DNA from: a virus
Lineage: Duplodnaviria; Caudoviricetes
DNA length: 24,561 nt
Virus record (IMG/VR): IMGVR_UViG_3300030376_000668
Span: 1 to 24,561 of that record
Direction: 5' to 3' (one strand)
The stretch's first letter is position 1; every line of letters begins with the position of its first letter. The notes below the pieces were generated by a model. It saw only the letters and a list, made by a program, of their open reading frames with translations. It had not been told where the DNA came from and searched no databases. Shown here in pieces: positions 14,275 through 22,400 of this stretch. The translations under genes and the position numbers were made by a program.

Positions 14275-16308
14275 ATGACTGAACTGTATGAACAAGATCC
14301 ATTGATGATCCAAGAGTCTCTAGAAGATTGGGTTATTAACAAATGTGAAGACTGGAGGGATTTTTACGAAAGCAATTATGAGGAAAGATTTGAAGAATAT
14401 TATAGATTATGGCGTGGTATATGGGACCCTGCTGACAGCCAGCGTGGGTCTGAGCGTTCCCGTATTATTTCTCCTGCACTTCAACAGGCAGTTGAGTCTA
14501 ATGTAGCAGAACTAGAAGAAGCTACGTTTGGCCGTGGTAAATGGTTTGACGTTAGCGATAACTTTGGTGACACGGAGCGTCAAGACGTACAGTTTTTACG
14601 TAACAAACTAACAGAAGACTTTGAAAACTGTATGGTACGTAAAGCAGTAGCAGAATGTTTGATTAACTCTGCAGTCTTTGGTACGGGTATTGGTGAAATT
14701 GTAATTGAAGAAATGAAAGAAATGGCTCCTGCTACTCAGCCTATTATGGGTGGAGATTTGCAAGCAGTAGGAGTTAATATTACTGAGCGAGTTAAAGTAA
14801 AACTAAAACCTGTACTACCTCAAAACTTTTTGATTGATCCTGTAGCTACTTCTGTAGAAGACGCTATGGGTGTAGCCATTGATGAGTTTGTAAGCAGCCA
14901 CCATGTAGAGCAACTACAAGAGCAAGGAATATATCGAGACGTATACGTAGGTAATGCTGCTCCTGATACTGATCTTGAGCCTGACCAAGACCTTACGATT
15001 TATAACGATAACAAAGTACGTTTGACTAAGTACTACGGTTTAGTGCCACGAGAGCTTCTAGATGACGCTACAAACGACGATGACTCCGAAGAGGTATCAG
15101 AGGCAGGCCCTGATTCAAAGTACGTAGAGGCAGTTGTAGTAGTCGCTAACGGGGGTATTCTTTTAAAGGCTGAAGCTAACCCTTATATGATGCAAGATCG
15201 TCCTGTTGTTGCTTTCCCTTGGGACGTAGTACCCGGACGTTTCTGGGGTCGTGGTGTATGCGAAAAAGGCTATAACAGTCAGAAGGCTTTGGATACTGAG
15301 TTACGCGCACGCATTGACGCACTAAGCCTTACTATTCACCCAATGATGGCTATTGATGCTACACGTCTGCCACGCGGGGCTAAACCTGAAGTGCGTCCCG
15401 GTAAGATGATTTTAACTAATGGAGATCCTCGTGAAGTTCTTCAGCCTTTTAACTTTGGTCAAGTTAGTCAAATCACTTTTGCTCAAGCAGGAGCATTGCA
15501 GCAAATGGTACAACAAGCAACAGGAGCCGTTGACTCAGCAGGAATTGCAGGTCAGGTTAACGGCGAGAGTACTGCCGCTGGTATTAGTATGTCTCTTGGC
15601 GCTATTATTAAACGTCATAAGCGCACATTAATTAACTTTCAACAATCATTCCTTATTCCGTTTGTCAAAAAAGCTGCTTATCGTTACATGCAGTTTGATC
15701 CTGAGTCGTACCCTGTAGCAGACTACAAGTTTAATGCAAGCTCAACGTTGGGCATTATTGCTCGTGAGTATGAAGTTACTCAGCTTGTACAGTTGCTGCA
15801 AACAATGGGTAAGGACTCACCGTTGTACAACACATTGATTCAATCTGTTGTTGACAACATGAATTTATCTAATCGTGAAGAACTACTTGCAGCCCTCGCT
15901 CAAGCTTCACAGCCTAACCCAGAAGCACAGCAAATGGCTATGGCAGCACAACAAGCACAACTACAGTTCCAGCAGTCACAGACTCAAGCGTTGTCTGCAC
16001 AGGCTCAAGAGTCACAAGCACGTGCTGCTAAGTTGTCAGCAGAAGCCGTTGCTGTACCGCAAGAACTAGAAATTGATAAGATTAATGCTATCACCCGAAA
16101 CCTTAAAGAAGGTGATCAAGAAGATAAAGAGTTTGAGCGACGTATGCGCGTTGCTGAGACTTTCCTCAAAGACAAAGCAATAGAAGGTAAAACAAATGCT
16201 AATAACGCAGAAGGAAATGCAGTCTCTGCTAGACCAAGTCAACAACCATTTCAAGGGAACGTTCCAGCGCCTAGACCAGTTGGAAGCCAAGGTGGAGGAA
16301 CTGAGTAA
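14275..16308 (+). CDS. Portal protein
   Basis: 677 aa directly after TerL; FWGRG and Q-rich C-terminal barrel region typical of podovirus portals. Confidence 0.88.
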   Translation: MTELYEQDPLMIQESLEDWVINKCEDWRDFYESNYEERFEEYYRLWRGIWDPADSQRGSERSRIISPALQQAVESNVAELEEATFGRGKWFDVSDNFGDTERQDVQFLRNKLTEDFENCMVRKAVAECLINSAVFGTGIGEIVIEEMKEMAPATQPIMGGDLQAVGVNITERVKVKLKPVLPQNFLIDPVATSVEDAMGVAIDEFVSSHHVEQLQEQGIYRDVYVGNAAPDTDLEPDQDLTIYNDNKVRLTKYYGLVPRELLDDATNDDDSEEVSEAGPDSKYVEAVVVVANGGILLKAEANPYMMQDRPVVAFPWDVVPGRFWGRGVCEKGYNSQKALDTELRARIDALSLTIHPMMAIDATRLPRGAKPEVRPGKMILTNGDPREVLQPFNFGQVSQITFAQAGALQQMVQQATGAVDSAGIAGQVNGESTAAGISMSLGAIIKRHKRTLINFQQSFLIPFVKKAAYRYMQFDPESYPVADYKFNASSTLGIIAREYEVTQLVQLLQTMGKDSPLYNTLIQSVVDNMNLSNREELLAALAQASQPNPEAQQMAMAAQQAQLQFQQSQTQALSAQAQESQARAAKLSAEAVAVPQELEIDKINAITRNLKEGDQEDKEFERRMRVAETFLKDKAIEGKTNANNAEGNAVSARPSQQPFQGNVPAPRPVGSQGGGTE

Positions 16309-16381
16309 TGCCAGCAAAGAAAGATCCAAGACTAGCACGAGCGGGCGTAAGCGGGTACAACAAACCAAAGAGGACGCCTAA
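16196..16381 (+). CDS. Small coiled-coil protein, fully overlapped by its neighbours
   Basis: AAGG RBS-like site; heptad pattern (RLDQLEAKVEEL). Confidence 0.45.
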   Translation: MLITQKEMQSLLDQVNNHFKGTFQRLDQLEAKVEELSNASKERSKTSTSGRKRVQQTKEDA

Positions 16382-16592
16382 TCATCCAACCAAGTCCCAT
16401 GTAGTTGTTGCTAAAGAAGGCGATAAAATTAAAACTATTAGGTATGGACAGCAAGGAGTTAGCGGTGCAGGCAAAAATCCTACAACTGCTAAAGAAAAAG
16501 CACGACGTAAATCGTTTAAGGCGCGTCATGCAAAAAACATAGCTAAAGGCAAAATGTCTGCAGCTTTTTGGGCCAATAAATCAAAATGGTAA
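16308..16592 (+). CDS. Small basic protein
   Basis: GGAGG RBS, TAATG coupling; K/R-rich with RYGQQG, RRKSFKARH and SAAFWA...W. Confidence 0.8.
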   Translation: MPAKKDPRLARAGVSGYNKPKRTPNHPTKSHVVVAKEGDKIKTIRYGQQGVSGAGKNPTTAKEKARRKSFKARHAKNIAKGKMSAAFWANKSKW

Positions 16593-16602
16593 GGAGACTA
16601 CT

Positions 16603-16716
16603 ATGCCAATGGTAAACGGTAAAAAGTACGCATACACAGCAGCAGGTAAGAAAAAAGCTAAGGCAGCTGCTAAAAAAACAGGGAAGAAGGTTAGTTATGG
16701 CTCGCGCAAAAAGTAG
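16603..16716 (+). CDS. 37-aa Lys/Ala-rich peptide
   Basis: Not in track. MPMVNGKKYAYTAAGKKKAKAAAKKTGKKVSYGSRKK; AAGGAG RBS. Confidence 0.75.
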   Translation: MPMVNGKKYAYTAAGKKKAKAAAKKTGKKVSYGSRKK

Positions 16717-16852
16717 TCCTAAACCTAAAAACAAAGCTCTTTATTCACGAGTCAAGGCAGAAGCTAAAAAGAAATACAAAGTTTGGCCTAGTGCTTATGC
16801 TTCAGGTTGGTTGACTAAAGAGTATAAAAAGCGTGGTGGAACCTATGAGTAA
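16697..16852 (+). CDS. 51-aa basic protein (DUF5872-like N-part)
   Basis: Not in track. P.NKALY.RVK.EAK...WPSAYASG....YKKRGG.Y. Confidence 0.7.
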   Translation: MARAKSSPKPKNKALYSRVKAEAKKKYKVWPSAYASGWLTKEYKKRGGTYE

Positions 16853-17099
16853 AACCAAAGGTGGTCTTACTAAATGGTTTAAAGAAGATTGGGTAGACGT
16901 TAAAACGGGTAAGCCTTGTGGACGCAAGTCAGCTACCAAGAGTAAACGTCCTTACCCTTCTTGTAGACCTAAAGCAGTTGCAGCAAAGATGACCGCAGCA
17001 GAAAAAAAATCATCTGCTAAACGTAAAACAGGACCAGCTAAAATTAAACATGCAGTAACAGCGTCAGGCCGTAGAAGAAAAACTTCTAAAAAGTCTTGA
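16845..17099 (+). CDS. Basic protein (DUF5872-like C-part)
   Basis: GLTKWFKEDWVD..TGKPCGR...YPSCRP; start reassigned to ATG 16845. Confidence 0.7.
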   Translation: MSKTKGGLTKWFKEDWVDVKTGKPCGRKSATKSKRPYPSCRPKAVAAKMTAAEKKSSAKRKTGPAKIKHAVTASGRRRKTSKKS

Positions 17100-17124
17100 C
17101 ATTTAATAAAATGTATGGTATAAT
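17096..17124 (+). promoter_or_regulatory. Consensus sigma70 promoter for the capsid operon
   Basis: TTGACA-17 nt-TATAAT with TG extension. Confidence 0.9.
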
Positions 17125-17154
17125 ATTACTATACAGTAAACTTTAGAGGAAACT

Positions 17155-17409
17155 ATGACACCCGAGCTTGAAACATATTTTAACAATTACAATGAATTGT
17201 TTAATCATGAAGGTTTCAAACAACTCGTTAGCGAACTTTCCAACAACGCAACACAGTTAGCAGATATTCAAACAGTAAAAGATCTGGAAGATTTATACTT
17301 TCGCAAAGGTCAAGTAGCTGCTTTCGCAACTGTTATTAACTTACAAGGTACTATTGAAGCTGCTCGTGATCAAGCAGAAGCCGAAGAAGAAGGGCCTGTA
17401 AGTGTATAA
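17155..17409 (+). CDS. Hypothetical head-module protein
   Basis: GAGGA RBS; LF..EG(F/W)K and LYFRKGQ; acidic and helical. Confidence 0.75.
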   Translation: MTPELETYFNNYNELFNHEGFKQLVSELSNNATQLADIQTVKDLEDLYFRKGQVAAFATVINLQGTIEAARDQAEAEEEGPVSV

Positions 17410-17608
17410 AATTTATGACTTCCGTTGTACTAACGGACATGTCTTTGAAGAATTTGTAAAGGATGGTACTACAACCAGTAGGTGCGGTTGCGGTGCTAAC
17501 GCTACAAAGATGGTATCTGCCCCGTCTTTCCACCTTAATGGCGCTGATGGTTCATTCCCCGGCGCACATATGAAATGGGTTAGGGAGCACGAAAAAGCAG
17601 GTAAATAA
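17402..17608 (+). CDS. FmdB-like zinc-ribbon protein
   Basis: IYDFRC..GH.FE...CGCG; GTG start. Confidence 0.7.
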   Translation: MYKIYDFRCTNGHVFEEFVKDGTTTSRCGCGANATKMVSAPSFHLNGADGSFPGAHMKWVREHEKAGK

Positions 17609-17646
17609 TAACATCTCCATAATGATTATAATCACGGAGCTTAATA

Positions 17647-18444
17647 ATGTCAAGAGCAACATTAGTTGACCCACAACCAGAAATGGAAAACGTGGACGAT
17701 ATAAACGAAGAAGCAGTAGAGACTCAGTTTGTAGAAGAAGAAGCTGAACAACCTCAAGAGCAACCTACATTACCAGAGAAGTACCAAGGTAAATCACTGG
17801 AAGAAGTTGTACAGATGCACCAAGAAGCTGAAAAGCTTTTAGGTCGTCAGTCCGGCGAAGTAGGTGAACTTCGTAAAGTGGTGGATGATTACATTGCTAG
17901 TCAAACACCAACTCAAGCACCTCAACAAAACGTTGAGCCTGAAGATGATATAGATTACTTCACTGATCCACAAGGTGCTGTTAATCGTGCAATTGAGAAT
18001 CATCCTAAGATTCGAGAAGCAGAACAGTATTCAACGCAGTATAAGCAACAAGCTGCTTTGGCTACGCTTAATACTAAACATCCAGACATGCAAGAAATAC
18101 TTGGTGACCCTAAGTTTGCTGAATGGATCAAAGCTTCAAAGATTAGGACTCAATTGTTTGTAGCCGCTGACCAGCAGTATGATGCTGACGCAGCTGACGA
18201 ACTCTTCTCACTCTGGAAAGAACGGAAGGTAGTAACCCAGCAAACTGCCGATGTTGAAAAACAGGCACGTAAGCAACAACTTAAGGCAGCTAATACAGGC
18301 AATGCACGAGGAAGTACCGAAGGAACACGGAAGAAAGTTTATCGACGGGCCGATATTATTAAACTTATGAGAACAGACCCTGATCGTTATACTGCTTTAG
18401 CCGATGAAATCATGGAAGCGTATGCGGAGGGTCGCGTAAAATAA
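17647..18444 (+). CDS. Capsid scaffolding protein
   Basis: Acidic, helical, directly before the capsid gene; PEKYQGKS and C-terminal AYAEGRVK. Confidence 0.8.
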   Translation: MSRATLVDPQPEMENVDDINEEAVETQFVEEEAEQPQEQPTLPEKYQGKSLEEVVQMHQEAEKLLGRQSGEVGELRKVVDDYIASQTPTQAPQQNVEPEDDIDYFTDPQGAVNRAIENHPKIREAEQYSTQYKQQAALATLNTKHPDMQEILGDPKFAEWIKASKIRTQLFVAADQQYDADAADELFSLWKERKVVTQQTADVEKQARKQQLKAANTGNARGSTEGTRKKVYRRADIIKLMRTDPDRYTALADEIMEAYAEGRVK

Positions 18445-18458
18445 TCTAGGAGATTATA

Positions 18459-19433
18459 ATGGCTACTCAAACTTATCCCGGTACGGTTGGCGGCGGAAGT
18501 ATCGTCAACAAAACTGCTGCTGCTACTTTCATCCCAGAAATCTGGAGTGATGAAGTAATTGCTGCATATCAAAAGAACCTGAAGATGGCTCCTCTTGTTA
18601 AGAAGCTGCCAATGACAGGTAAGAAAGGCGACGTAATTCACGTACCTAAGCCTATCCGTGGCGCTGCTTCTGCTAAGGTTGCAGACACTGCGGTTAACAT
18701 TCAGGCTAACGTAGAAGGTGAATTGCAGATCTCAGTTGATCGTCACTTTGAATACTCACGCTTCATTGAAGACATCGTAGAAGTACAGGCACTCAACAGC
18801 CTCCGTCAGTTCTATACTGAAGACGCTGGTTATCAGTTGGCACTTAAGGTTGACACTGATCTTATGAACGCTGCTACTGGTTTCGGTAACGGTACTATGG
18901 ACCTAAATGCTCCTTCTGGTGCTGACTGGGTTAACAGCAACAGCTACTACTTCGACGCTGCTTCTGCTGGTGGTACTCCACTGACAGCCTTTGCTGCTTC
19001 TACTGTAGCTGCTGGTGATGTCTTCACTGACGCTGGTTTCCGTCAGGCTATCCAGCTTCTTGACGACGCTGACGTACCAATGGACGGACGTTGCATTATT
19101 GTTCCTCCAGTAGTACGTAACACCATCATGGGCACTGAGCGGTTCTCGTCTTCTGACTTCGTTTCAGGACAGACTGTAAACACTGGTCTTATCGGTAACC
19201 TCTACGGTGTAGACGTTTACGTTTCGTCTAACTGCCCAACTCTTGAGAGCAACGTTCGCGGTTGTATCCTCATGCAAAAAGAAGCTCTCGTTCACGCAGA
19301 GCAAATGTCTGTACGTTCACAGACTCAGTACAAGCAGGAGTACCTCTCAACTCTGTACACTGCTGATACTCTATACGGCGTTCAGGTATACCGTCCTGAA
19401 GCTGGTTTGGTACTTGCTGTCTACGACGCATAA
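18459..19433 (+). CDS. Major capsid protein (HK97 fold)
   Basis: FIPEIWS, GD.IH.P, LD.A.VP..GR, G.IG.LYG.DV..S, D.LYG...RPE; AGGAG RBS. Confidence 0.92.
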   Translation: MATQTYPGTVGGGSIVNKTAAATFIPEIWSDEVIAAYQKNLKMAPLVKKLPMTGKKGDVIHVPKPIRGAASAKVADTAVNIQANVEGELQISVDRHFEYSRFIEDIVEVQALNSLRQFYTEDAGYQLALKVDTDLMNAATGFGNGTMDLNAPSGADWVNSNSYYFDAASAGGTPLTAFAASTVAAGDVFTDAGFRQAIQLLDDADVPMDGRCIIVPPVVRNTIMGTERFSSSDFVSGQTVNTGLIGNLYGVDVYVSSNCPTLESNVRGCILMQKEALVHAEQMSVRSQTQYKQEYLSTLYTADTLYGVQVYRPEAGLVLAVYDA

Positions 19434-19442
19434 TACCTCTCT

Positions 19443-19469
19443 GGGGGTCTCCATGGCCCCCTTTTCTTT
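19443..19469 (+). terminator. Rho-independent terminator after the capsid gene
   Basis: GGGGGUC-UCCAU-GGCCCCC followed by UUUUCUUU. Confidence 0.85.
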
Positions 19470-19492
19470 CCTTTCTTTTGTAGGAAACTTAA

Positions 19493-22400
19493 ATGACTGA
19501 TTATACTAAGACTACGGACTTTGCTGCAAAAGATTCTTTGCCTTCTGGTGATTCCAATAAGGTTATTCGCGGCACTGAGTTTGACACAGAATTCAACAAT
19601 ATTGCCACAGCTAGTGCTACTAAAGCAGACCTATCTAACCCTAGTTTTCAGGGTGATGTTTCTGTTGCTGGCAATATTTCAGTAAGCGGAACTGTTGACG
19701 GTCGTGATGTAGCTGCCGATGGTACAAAGTTAGACACAGTTGAAACCAATGCAGACGTAACAGACACAGCAAATGTAACTGCTGCTGGCGCTGTAATGGA
19801 CTCTGAGCTAACTGACGAAGCAGCTGTAAAAGCGCTTGACCAAGGTGTTGCTACTACTGACAGTCCTACATTCGCAGGTGCTACACTAGGCGCTGTTACT
19901 TACGCAGCGACTGACGGCACAGACGGACAGGTATTGACAACGGATGGCGCAGGTAATGCGACGTTTGAAGCTCTGCCTGATTCTTTGTATTTAAACGTCA
20001 AGGACTTTGGCGCTACGGGTGACGGCTCAGATCAAACCACGGCTCTTCAAAACGCCATTAATCACGCTTCTACTCGTGGTATTCAAACTATCTTCTTCCC
20101 AGAGGGTCACTACAAGTACACCACTCTGCGTTTCTACCATGACCAAACTGACAACACCGGATTCCAAGGCACTAATGTATATGTTGGTGACGGAACAACA
20201 GATGATTTTAATTTCGGCTGGTACATTGCAGACGCTTCTGACCTTACAGTAACAGTAGAAGGTGTAGAGCAAACACTCAACACTCACTACACAGTATCGG
20301 GCGTTGGTTCTGACACTGGTGGCACTGTTACGTTTACTGCAGGAAATATTCCTTCAGCACCCGCAGGCAGTACTGTTACAAACCGTAAAGGCGATGGAAC
20401 AACGTCAGAGTTTTTCTACAGCGGGACAGTTATACCAGACGCATCTAATGTTTCAGTAACAGTTGATGGTGTCGCTTCAACGCAATTTACAGTTGATATT
20501 GGTAAAAGATTAGTAGTATTTAATGCGGGTCATGAGCCACCTGCTCCTGCTAACCCCAACGATAACAACGTTGTCATTACCATTCAAAAGACGGTTAACA
20601 TTTCGTCTAACAACCGTGATGGTCGTGTTCAACTTCGTGGTACTGGGCGTCTGGCTATTGCAGATCTAGTAGGTCTTGATAAGAACCGTACTCGCATATA
20701 TGGCTCTGTTCTTGAATCTACTGGTGACGGCATCATTATCGACACCGACCAAGAATTCAGCACTCCAGTTGATGCTCGTAACTTTGTAGCGAAAGACTTA
20801 ACGTTCCTTGCAGACAATACGGGGCAGATAATTAAAGCAGAAAAGAATCCGGGCATGTCGTTTGACACCTGTTCTTTCAAGCAATTTAACCCTGCTGGCA
20901 CTGGTTTAGAGGTTCGTAACTGCTGGTTCTTTACAATGAATCAGTGTTATGTCGTGGGTCAGCGGTATCAAGAAACATATACAGGAGATGGCACTCAACA
21001 GACCTTTACTTATACGTTTGATAATCCATCTGCAACAAGCGATATTCTTGTTCAGCTTAACGGTGGTGCGTTAACAGAGACTACCGACTACACCGTAACA
21101 ATGGGGGCTACAAAAACAGTTACCCTAACCTCAGCAGGAGCTACAAAAGTATCCGACGCGATTGCTTTGTCTGGTGCTAAAACAATAAACGTACAAAGGA
21201 TTAATACCGGCGACGGCATTTCTTCTCAGTTCGTTGGTCGTACGTTTGGTAGCTTTGCTGGCCTATGGACTATTACGCAGTCTTTGGTTGATTCTTTTGC
21301 AAACGGTGTTCACTGGACTGGCGGCACTGTTACTAACCTTTCGATTCGTGATACAGCAGTACAAAACTGCGGTAACTACAACATATACGCTGATTCTGGT
21401 GTTATTCAGCAGATGTTGCTTGACAACGTTTATTTTGAAAACCAAAAGACACAGGGTGTTAGCTTTATAAAAGGCGACGGAACTGCGCCTCCCGACAACA
21501 GTGCAGTTATTAGAAATCTACGGATGACTAACTGCTTCATGCTTGGTGGTGGTACTAACCCAAGAGTTACAGGACCGTGTATTGATCTTGATAATGTAGA
21601 TGCTGTTGATATTGAAGGTATGTATGTTTTCAGAGTGCGTCAGTCATTCTTAAATATTACGCGCACTAAGAATTCTCAAGATGTTCCCGGTGAAGTTAAA
21701 AATAGTATTTTCTTAACAAGTTCTGACCAAACTAAATTTTTAGATTTAGAACCAACCGTGTACTTGTTAACGGGTATTCTTCCTAATGCACATAACTGTG
21801 TATGGCCTAGTATAAACGACAGCTTCCACGATACTACTAACAACATTAATTTGTTTGATCCTACAGTTGATGAAGGCTATTTGCGTAGCTCTACTGATTT
21901 TATGGGATCAACTGCCATTTCTAGATTTAGCTTTGGCGACACAACTGTTAGGGCTTTTCAAAACGCAGACTCTAATCAGCCTAATTATTTTACAGGCGCG
22001 TATGAGCTTAATTTTGGACAGGAGTATAAAACTTACTACGACCTGACAACTAACATGTCTGGTGGGTTGGCTGTTTACTTACCTGATACAGGAAACGTAG
22101 GTCAAAGCGAAGTAAATGACGGTCGGCTTGTGATTGTTAAAAACAACGAGGCAAGTACGTCTTCGTTGAATTATCCTTATATTAACGTTTTTAACAGAAG
22201 CAATCCTACTAGCGGTAATCAAATAGCTCAATTAGCTCCCGGACAAACTGGGCTGTTTATTTTTGATTCTCAAGACAGCGAAAAGTTTAAGTTTGTTGGT
22301 CGTACTTTTAATGACAGGATTGACTTATACGACAATGAAAAACTTACCTTTGGTCGTGGAACTTCTTCTGCTGCAGACATGGAGATCTACCACGACAGTA

